Shown: positions 56,803 to 64,000 of the stretch, piece after piece
How the letters are laid out: every line of letters begins with the position of its first letter
How positions within the stretch are numbered: the first letter of the stretch is position 1
Assembly (NCBI GenBank): GCA_964399865.1
Contig: CAYNRJ010000002.1
Span: 97,108 to 161,107, forward strand
DNA length: 64,000 bases
Direction of reading: 5' to 3'
Source: an uncultured Candidatus Saccharibacteria bacterium
GTDB lineage: Bacteria; Patescibacteriota; Minisyncoccia; Phycocordibacterales; UBA2100
Made by a program: the position numbers and the translations under genes
The notes under the pieces: model-generated
Databases searched by the model: none
Seen by the model: the letters and a program-made list of their open reading frames with translations, nothing else
What the model was told of the DNA's origin: nothing

Positions 56803-59061
56803 ATGAACTCATTAGTCACGCGAAAATCTGTCTTGATAAGTATTGTCGCAATTCTTACCTTCGCGGCTGGTCTTACCATTACTGTATCTTCACCCATCGG
56901 TGAAGGTTTCAGTGTTTCAATAAATTCTGCTCTCGCGTTCGGTAACTCGGGCGACGGCGGTTGTTGCGGTACTGATGAGCCTGATCAACCTGATTACGAT
57001 CCGCCATCTTATGATCCGCCGGACTACCCTGATTACGATCCGCCACCTTCTCATCCAAAGCCTCACTGTTCAGCGTACATCAATCCCGACCAGGTAAATT
57101 ATGGCGGTAGCGCTACTCTTACGTGGACCTCTGCAAATGCTACGTCTGCAACAGTAACGGATTTCGGTAGTGAGCCAGTAAACGGTTCCAAAGCCCTCTC
57201 CAACATCACTGCGAATAAGACCTACTACGTAACTGTCTATGGACCAGGTGGTTCTGCGACATGTTCAGATACGGTCAAAGTGATCAAGCCAATGCCGGTC
57301 TGTACGATCAACGCTAACCCTTCTACGATTCAGAACGGAGGTTCCTCTACACTCACATGGACCTCTTCGAATGCAACATCTGCATCGATCAATCAGGGTA
57401 TCGGCGGCGTATCTGTAAATGGTAACCGCTCTGTCTCTCCGACAGGCACAAAAACGTACACTCTTACGGTGACTGGTCCTGGTGGTACTGCAAACTGCCA
57501 AACGACTATTATCGTTCAGAATCAGCTTCCTAGCTGTACATTCAACATTAATCCAAACTCTGTGCAGTACGGTGGTAATGCCACAGCTACATGGACATCT
57601 CAGAACGCTACGTCCGCTACTATCAACCAGGGTGTCGGCTCAGTCGCGCTCAATGGTTCGTACACAGCTTCTAACTTAACCTCTACAAAGACGTACATCA
57701 TGACCGTCACTGGTCCTGGTGGCAGCGCAACTTGTCAGGACACAGTAACTGTCCAACAGCAATCTGCTCCTAGCTGTACGATCACTGTAAATCCTCACTC
57801 AGTACAAATGGGTGGTAGCGTGAGCATCGTTTGGTCTTCAAACAACGCTACGTCAGCTACACTTACAGATTTCGGTAGTGAGCCGGTTAACGGATCACGC
57901 TCAGTGTCCAACATAAATTCGAACAAGACGTATGTTTTGACAGTCACAGGCCCAGGTGGAACTGCGACATGTCAGGACTCAGTCGTCGTTCAGGAGTCAC
58001 CAGCTCCGTACTGTACGATCAGTGCAAATCCGTCATCGATACAATACGGCGGTTCCTCGACTCTCACGTGGTCTTCAAACAATGCAACGTCAGCAGTCAT
58101 TAATCACAGTATCGGTTCAGTTGGTGTAAATGGCTCGTACGTCGTTTCGAACATCTACTCGACAAAGACGTACATCATGACCGTCTACAACGCGCAGGGT
58201 CAGAGCGCGAACTGCCAGACAACGATCTACGTCAACGAAATTCAATCGAATCCATCTTGTACGATCAATGCAAATCCTAACTCTATCCAACAGGGTGGTT
58301 CTTCTTACCTCACTTGGTCATCTTCGAACGCCATCTCTGCCAACCTCTCGACTATCGGTTCTGTCGGGGTGAATGGAAGCCAGACTGTGTATCCGTACAA
58401 CACGACAACATACGTGCTCACGGTATACGGACAGAATGGTCAAAGCGCACAGTGTCAGACGACTGTGAACATCGGTGTTGTATACAACAACCCACCAAGC
58501 TGCTGGATCTCGATCTCAAACAATAACCAGTACGACTACAATAACAGCCAGGCGACCCTCTCATGGGGTTCCTCTAACGCGACAAGCGCGTATATCAATC
58601 CGAACGTCGGTTCTGTCTCAACGTACGGAACACGCGTAGTCTATGTCTCTGGCTATCAGGTCTACACAATGACCGTCTACAACGCGCAGGGTCAGAGTGC
58701 GACATGTCAGACACAGACAACTCAGATCCCTCCGTACGTAGCTCTCACTCAGATCCCTTACACAGGTATTGATCTTGGTGGTGCAGGTACGATGCTCTAC
58801 TACTTCGCGATCCTCGCGTTTACAGTAGCCGCCGCGTATCTCGCTATCTACTACGTTCCAGCGTTTGCAGGTATCAAAGCCCGCATCCCAGTTGAAACGA
58901 TGGAAGCTCCGATGATATTCGCTCGATCAGTTGCAGCCGCAGTTCCGTTCGTTCACACAGCTACTCGTCCGAACGTACCAGGAAGTTCATTCAAAGATGC
59001 GATGACATTCGCTCGCTCTGAGAATGGAAGTGCGCCTCGCATCGTGATCCAGAGAAATTAA
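56803..59061 (+). CDS. Secreted protein with Asp/Pro-rich N-terminus, seven Cys-paired Ig/PKD-like repeats, IPYTG signal, TM and conserved tail (putative sortase substrate 3)
   Basis: Repeats PxCTIxxNPxSxQxGGSxTLTWxSxNATSA...TKTYxxTVxGPGGxAxC; LTQIPYTG (58753-58767); tail KDAMTFARSENGSAPRIVIQRN. Confidence 0.88.
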   Translation: MNSLVTRKSVLISIVAILTFAAGLTITVSSPIGEGFSVSINSALAFGNSGDGGCCGTDEPDQPDYDPPSYDPPDYPDYDPPPSHPKPHCSAYINPDQVNYGGSATLTWTSANATSATVTDFGSEPVNGSKALSNITANKTYYVTVYGPGGSATCSDTVKVIKPMPVCTINANPSTIQNGGSSTLTWTSSNATSASINQGIGGVSVNGNRSVSPTGTKTYTLTVTGPGGTANCQTTIIVQNQLPSCTFNINPNSVQYGGNATATWTSQNATSATINQGVGSVALNGSYTASNLTSTKTYIMTVTGPGGSATCQDTVTVQQQSAPSCTITVNPHSVQMGGSVSIVWSSNNATSATLTDFGSEPVNGSRSVSNINSNKTYVLTVTGPGGTATCQDSVVVQESPAPYCTISANPSSIQYGGSSTLTWSSNNATSAVINHSIGSVGVNGSYVVSNIYSTKTYIMTVYNAQGQSANCQTTIYVNEIQSNPSCTINANPNSIQQGGSSYLTWSSSNAISANLSTIGSVGVNGSQTVYPYNTTTYVLTVYGQNGQSAQCQTTVNIGVVYNNPPSCWISISNNNQYDYNNSQATLSWGSSNATSAYINPNVGSVSTYGTRVVYVSGYQVYTMTVYNAQGQSATCQTQTTQIPPYVALTQIPYTGIDLGGAGTMLYYFAILAFTVAAAYLAIYYVPAFAGIKARIPVETMEAPMIFARSVAAAVPFVHTATRPNVPGSSFKDAMTFARSENGSAPRIVIQRN

Positions 59062-59082
59062 TTCTACAGATCCAAGAATTAG

Positions 59083-59110
59083 CAAAATCGCCCCGGGAGG
59101 GGCGATTTTG
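59083..59110. terminator. Bidirectional terminator between convergent genes
   Basis: caaaatcgcccc-ggga-ggggcgattttg. Confidence 0.8.
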
Positions 59111-59112
59111 TT

Positions 59113-60363
59113 TTATAAGCGAGATGCTATTTCTTCCTGCAACTTTGCGATAGCTTCGCCGAGAGCGAGCGCTCCTACTTTTCCTTTGTCACGGCTTTCG
59201 AGAGAGACAGTTTTCTTTGCTACCTCGTCATCACCGACTACGAGAAGATACGGGATCTTTTCAGTCTTTGCAGTGCGGATCTTCTTACCCAAAGATTCGT
59301 TTGTGTAATCTATTTCTGCGCGAATGCCAGCCGAACGAAATAGGTCAAAAGCTTCTTTTGCATATTCCATGTGTTTATCGGAAATCGGAACAATCTTTGC
59401 TTGGATAGGAGAGAGCCAGAGAGGGAAGGCACCGGCATATTTTTCGATGAGGAATGCCATGATGCGTTCGATAGCTCCAATTGAAGAGCGGTGAATGACG
59501 AACGCGCGTTTCTTTGTGCCATCAGCGGCTGCATACGTAATATCGAAACGATCTGGCATGCAGAAGTCATACTGAACAGTGAATGCGGTGTCCTCTTTTC
59601 CGTTCACGTTCTTCATTTGTATGTCTATCTTTGGACCATAGAAAGCGGCCTCATCTTTTGCTTCTTCGAATGTGCTGCCGCGGGACTCAAGATGCTTTCG
59701 TAGTAGGTCTTCGCTTTTCTCCCATGCAGCATCATTTTTGTAGTACTTCTCGGTATTTGCGCGATCACCAAGTGAGAGGCGATATCGGTAATCGGTCCCT
59801 AGCTTTAGTCCAAAGACCCCGGCGACGTATTCAATAAGGTCGAGCGCCTTACCTACCTCCTCCACGGCCTGTTCTTCGGAGGCGCACACAATGTGTGCGT
59901 CAGCGAGGCAGAATGTGCGGACTCTTTGAAGGCCCATCAGTTCTCCCGATTGTTCGTATCGGTAGAGTTGCGCCAGCTCTGCAATTCTCATCGGAAGTTC
60001 GCGATAGCTGCGAGGCCTTGAAAGGAAAAGTTCAAAATGATGAGGGCACGTCATCGGGCGGAGCATGAACTCTTCGTCATCAATAACGATCGGCGCATAC
60101 ATGGAATCTTTGTAGTGTGGGTAGTGACCGCTCTTCTTATAGAGATCAAGTTTTGCGATGTCAGGGGTTTTGACGTGGAGGTATCCCCGGCGGATTTCTT
60201 CGTCCACTATGAAGCGTTCAAGTTCACGGCGGATTGTCGCACCCTTTGGCGTAAAGAGGGGAAGGCCTTTGCCGACGGTGTCGGAAAAGGTAAAGAGGTC
60301 GAGTTCGCGACCGAGTTTCTTATGGTCGCGGTCTTTAAGGCTATCTTGTGCTTCGTCTGCCAT
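59113..60363 (-). CDS. thrS: Threonyl-tRNA synthetase lacking N-terminal TGS/editing domains
   Basis: Starts just before RDHKKLGRELDLF; LRPMTCPHH, YRYEQSGEL.GL.RVR.F, AFYGPKID; 416 aa. Confidence 0.95.
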   Translation of the reverse strand: MADEAQDSLKDRDHKKLGRELDLFTFSDTVGKGLPLFTPKGATIRRELERFIVDEEIRRGYLHVKTPDIAKLDLYKKSGHYPHYKDSMYAPIVIDDEEFMLRPMTCPHHFELFLSRPRSYRELPMRIAELAQLYRYEQSGELMGLQRVRTFCLADAHIVCASEEQAVEEVGKALDLIEYVAGVFGLKLGTDYRYRLSLGDRANTEKYYKNDAAWEKSEDLLRKHLESRGSTFEEAKDEAAFYGPKIDIQMKNVNGKEDTAFTVQYDFCMPDRFDITYAAADGTKKRAFVIHRSSIGAIERIMAFLIEKYAGAFPLWLSPIQAKIVPISDKHMEYAKEAFDLFRSAGIRAEIDYTNESLGKKIRTAKTEKIPYLLVVGDDEVAKKTVSLESRDKGKVGALALGEAIAKLQEEIASRL

Positions 60364-60455
60364 AGTAAAAGTGAATGATATACCGTGAGTGACATACAGG
60401 CAATTTGGGTAAAGCGAAACGGCCGCGCGAGCGCGGCCGTCTTCACGAGATTGCG

Positions 60456-60842
60456 TTAGGCAGGTCTCGATCGGAGTTCGTGCCTCATGTGGACGCAGAA
60501 GAGCTGCAGGTCTTCGAGGGGCTTCGTGGTTCGGCGGTGCCGACCGGCTTCCAGGTCGCTCAGAGTTGCTGCGAGGTCCATAAGATCACGTACCAATTTA
60601 TCTTGGCACGTGTAATTGTTCTCCGTGTGGAAATCACACAGAGCCTCCTTCACGCTTCTGCTGCACTTTGCCGTAGTGCCTGCAACGCAGGCAGCAAGAA
60701 TCTCGCTCGCCATTTCAAGGATGATTATTCTTGTATTGCGAATGACTTCCAGCTGACGCGCGTCCGGGTTCAATTCGGTGCTTCCGTGGATTTGCAGGAC
60801 GACCCTGCTGCATTCCGAAAGCGTTGCGACTCGATCGGGCAT
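60456..60842 (-). CDS. Hypothetical protein (orphan module between dnaE and thrS)
   Basis: GGAGG SD upstream on the minus strand; hairpin 60419-60440 downstream. Confidence 0.55.
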   Translation of the reverse strand: MPDRVATLSECSRVVLQIHGSTELNPDARQLEVIRNTRIIILEMASEILAACVAGTTAKCSRSVKEALCDFHTENNYTCQDKLVRDLMDLAATLSDLEAGRHRRTTKPLEDLQLFCVHMRHELRSRPA

Positions 60843-60916
60843 CTCGTGCCTCCATACTTGCTTCCCGTAAGATCGGGCAGTCTTTCTTGTAACCTAAAAG
60901 AAAGGGTGGGGCAAGG

Positions 60917-63900
60917 TTAGAGCGCTTTCGCCTTCTCTACGATAAAACTCGCCTCGCCGTTTCTATCTGAATATTTTCCTTTGAGCATGATGCACGCGCC
61001 AGCTGTAAATAGTGCCTCGTTCTCTTTTAGGATGCGAGGAAATGCGACGACTTCAATACTGTCGGAATAATCGGTTAATTTTGCGAATACCATCTTCTCT
61101 CCCTTTTTAGTGAGAATGGCACGAATGGTTTCGATGTATCCCGTGATGACAGTGTCCGCTCCACGCGGGAACTTTTCCTTCCCAGTCTTTATATCCATCT
61201 TTTGGTTTTTCAGCTTCTCCTTATATTTGTCGAGGGGATGACCTGACACATAGAGGCCGAGGAGTTCTCTTTCCCAGGTAAGACGCTCTTCCATCGTCGC
61301 TGGCTTCGTTTCGCGAAGTTTTATCTTTGCGGGAGAAGAAGTGGCGGCTCCAAAAAGGGAATTGAGGTTGGAGGGTGTATTTACGAATTCACGATGGTAA
61401 TCAAGGAGAGTATCTATGTTCGCCAGAAGCATGCCGCGCTCGCCCATTTCGTCGAGCGCTCCGGATTGGATAAGTGCCTCCACAGATTTCTTATTGAGAT
61501 TCTTATCTGGAATCCGGGAAAGGAAATCCCCTATGTCTTTGAACGCTGGTCCACTTTGACGCACTTTGAAAATAGAATCTCCAACCCCAGTGCCGAAATT
61601 CTTAATTGAATACAGACCAAATCGAATCGACTTGTCATCTACAACTGTAAACGTGCCCCTGCTTTCATTTACTGAAGGCGGGAGAATCGCGATACCCATT
61701 CGTTTACATTCCGTTATCGTTTCTCCGATCTTGTCCACGTTGCCTGCATCGGCGGTAAGAAGAGCGGCCATGTAGTCGACAGGGAAGTTCGCTTTCATAT
61801 ACGCGGTCTTATACGCGAGGTTTCCATAACTCACGGCGTGTGCACGATTGAAGCCGTACGCCGCGAACGTCTCGATCTGTTCCCACAACTTCTGCACGGT
61901 TGCGGGGGTGACCTTATTTGCGAGACAACCAGCTTTGAATTTCTCCTTTTGCGCCTCCATTTCGGACTTTATTTTCTTACCCATCGCTTTTCGGAACTTA
62001 TCGGCCTCGAGCCAGCTGTACCCAGCAAGTTTTATAGCGAGCTCGAGCACGTCGTCCTGGTAGGTGATGACGCCGTAGGAATTCTTTAGGATCGGTTCCA
62101 TTCGTGGGTCGAGGTAGCGCACCAATGAGGGATTTTTCTTTCGCTCAATGTAATTTGGGATGAACGCCATTGGTCCAGGACGATAGAGAGCCACCATCGC
62201 GTTGATATCGTGAATAGTTGTTGGCTTCAGTTCCGTCAGGTAACTGGTCATACCGTCGGACGCGAGCTGGAAAACGCCGTGTGTTTCGCCCCGCGCGAGC
62301 ATGTCGAACGTCTTTTGATCATTAAGAGGAAGCCGCTCTAGATCAACAGCTACACCGAGCCTTTCTTTGACACGGACTACTGAGTCGGCAAGAACAGAGA
62401 GGTTGGTGAGGCCAAGGAAGTCGAATTTAAGAAGTCCCGCGTCCTCGACTGCGTGCATGTCGTACTGCGTGATAATTTTTCCACCCTTCGGATCTTTTTG
62501 TATCGGCACGTAATCAGTCACTTCGGTCGGGGAAATCACAACGCCTGCCGCATGGACTCCCACGTGCCGTGCGTTGCCTTCAATTTTTTGCGCGAGGTCG
62601 ATCACTTCATGTGTCGAAACGTCCGTTTTATACATCTCTTTTAATTCTGGAGTGTCTTTGAGAGCCCCCGCGATTGTGACAGGGAAACCTTGTTTGCCAA
62701 ATGGAATAAGTTTTGCAATCGCGTCTCCAACGCCGTATGGATGACCAAGTGCGCGCGCAACGTCACGAACGGCAGCGCGCGCCATCATGGTGCCGAATGT
62801 ACCAACCTGCGCGACTTTATTCTCGCCATATTTCTGACGCACATAATCGATAAGTTCGTCTCGACGATTATCAGCGAGGTCCATATCGATATCGGGAGGA
62901 GAGGGGCGCTCTGGATTGAGGAATCGCTCGAAGGGGAGCTGATATTCAAGAGGATTCACGGTTGTAATACCTGTGAGATATGAGACAAGGGAACCTGCGG
63001 CACTTCCTCTTGTGTTGGTGAGAATGCCCTTTTCTCGAGCGTGTTTTAGAAGGTCGGCAACGACCAAAAAGTAAGGAGTGTAGCCCTTTTTCCCGATAAT
63101 GGAGAGTTCGTAATCTAGACGTTCCCTCGTTTCTTTTGTGTCAGGCATGCCGCGCAAAGTGATGCCTTCCTCAGCGAGAATACGTAATTCTTCATCCGAG
63201 CTTTTTCCTCGCGAAATTGGATATGAAGGGAAGACCCATTCACCGAGATGTAACTCTAGGTTGCACATCTCGACGACCTTCATTGTATTTTCGAGTGCTT
63301 CAGGAAGATCCTTGAAGAGTTCTCGGATGCGCGTCTTCTTTAAAAATGAAAAGTCTCGCGCCTCTACCTCGGGATCGCGTTCCAATACTCCAATGGACCT
63401 AATTTTATTTACAAGATCGCATGCGAGTGAATCCTCCTTCTTTAAGTAGTACACGTCGTGTGCTGCGATTAGTGGAATATTCGCTGTTTTTGCGGCGGCG
63501 ATTATTTTTTCCATTCGCTCGTCGTGGCCCGCAATTTCAGGATGGCGCGCGATCTCCACGAAACAATCGTCACCATAGATCTTTTTATGCCACTCAAATG
63601 TTTGCATCGCACGATCTTTGTCATCGTGACGAAGTGCGTGGGCATGTTCACCCGCATGCGACGGGAGAATTGCGACGAGGCCACCACTATATTTCTCGAG
63701 TAAATCACGATCTACGCGTGGGCGCTCGAAAAAACCCTCCATGTGGGATTTAGACACTAATTGAATGAGATTGCGGTACCCCTCTTCATTTTTCGCAAGG
63801 AGGACAAGACGACCCTTAGGCTCATCTACGCGGTGCTCTTGATCGAATCGCGTGCGCGGAGCTAGAAAGAAATCTACGCCGAGGATCGGTTTTATTCCTG

Positions 63901-64000
63901 CAGATTTACACTTTTTATAGAACTCAATAGCACCATAGAGATTGCCGTTGTCTGTGAGGGCAAGCGCTACTTGCCCGTCTGCTTTAGCTGCGTCTACAAG
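60917..64000 (-). CDS. dnaE: DNA polymerase III alpha subunit (5'-truncated by the window end)
   Basis: Frame open to base 64000 (LVDAAKADGQVALALTDNGNLYG...); RGSAAGSLV, FERFLNPER, PDIDMD, GVHAAGVV, LLKFDFLGL, YGFNRAH. Confidence 0.97.
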   Translation of the reverse strand, partial: LVDAAKADGQVALALTDNGNLYGAIEFYKKCKSAGIKPILGVDFFLAPRTRFDQEHRVDEPKGRLVLLAKNEEGYRNLIQLVSKSHMEGFFERPRVDRDLLEKYSGGLVAILPSHAGEHAHALRHDDKDRAMQTFEWHKKIYGDDCFVEIARHPEIAGHDERMEKIIAAAKTANIPLIAAHDVYYLKKEDSLACDLVNKIRSIGVLERDPEVEARDFSFLKKTRIRELFKDLPEALENTMKVVEMCNLELHLGEWVFPSYPISRGKSSDEELRILAEEGITLRGMPDTKETRERLDYELSIIGKKGYTPYFLVVADLLKHAREKGILTNTRGSAAGSLVSYLTGITTVNPLEYQLPFERFLNPERPSPPDIDMDLADNRRDELIDYVRQKYGENKVAQVGTFGTMMARAAVRDVARALGHPYGVGDAIAKLIPFGKQGFPVTIAGALKDTPELKEMYKTDVSTHEVIDLAQKIEGNARHVGVHAAGVVISPTEVTDYVPIQKDPKGGKIITQYDMHAVEDAGLLKFDFLGLTNLSVLADSVVRVKERLGVAVDLERLPLNDQKTFDMLARGETHGVFQLASDGMTSYLTELKPTTIHDINAMVALYRPGPMAFIPNYIERKKNPSLVRYLDPRMEPILKNSYGVITYQDDVLELAIKLAGYSWLEADKFRKAMGKKIKSEMEAQKEKFKAGCLANKVTPATVQKLWEQIETFAAYGFNRAHAVSYGNLAYKTAYMKANFPVDYMAALLTADAGNVDKIGETITECKRMGIAILPPSVNESRGTFTVVDDKSIRFGLYSIKNFGTGVGDSIFKVRQSGPAFKDIGDFLSRIPDKNLNKKSVEALIQSGALDEMGERGMLLANIDTLLDYHREFVNTPSNLNSLFGAATSSPAKIKLRETKPATMEERLTWERELLGLYVSGHPLDKYKEKLKNQKMDIKTGKEKFPRGADTVITGYIETIRAILTKKGEKMVFAKLTDYSDSIEVVAFPRILKENEALFTAGACIMLKGKYSDRNGEASFIVEKAKAL

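Noticed and set aside
60405-60920. Plus-strand 171-aa ORF
   Set aside because: It spans a hairpin and overlaps the dnaE stop; the minus ORF 60456..60842 has a GGAGG SD and matches the flanking gene orientation.
63400-64000. Degenerate PHP metal ligands in DnaE (TDNG, AHDVYY)
   Set aside because: Inactive PHP domains are common in DnaE, and the N-terminus lies outside the window.

Overview
64-kb window of a small-genome bacterium, most consistent with Patescibacteria/CPR (Parcubacteria-like). This is inferred from gene style: split transketolase, short EF-Ts and RF1, editing-less ThrRS, single-chain PheRS, near-leaderless core genes and a giant Thr/Ser/Gly-rich surface protein. Layout: (1) 1-22311, the 3' part of a >6200-aa trimeric fibre/adhesin-like gene, open at base 1, with two C-terminal S74-like chaperone domains, translationally coupled to a beta-lactamase-fold protein, a 3xLamG protein and a PsbP-like protein. 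(2) 22367-42253, housekeeping genes (gap, rpiB, rpe, tkt, pfkB-family kinase, rplY, rpmE, prfA, rpsB, tsf, tRNA-Thr, GT2, pheS, gyrB) with long intergenic hairpin elements. (3) 42437-59061, an accessory cell-surface island. (4) thrS and partial dnaE. Best candidate for an undescribed system: a sortase plus three secreted proteins sharing an L-x-Q-I-P-Y-T-G motif, a TM helix, a long cytoplasmic tail and a conserved 22-aa C-terminal motif (D[SA]M[ST]FxxSxxGxAPxIxIxR). These are interleaved with GC3-rich orphan genes that each have their own promoter, structured leader, SD and terminator, including a small family of secreted Cys-patterned proteins. All family assignments come from motif recognition by eye; no searches were run.
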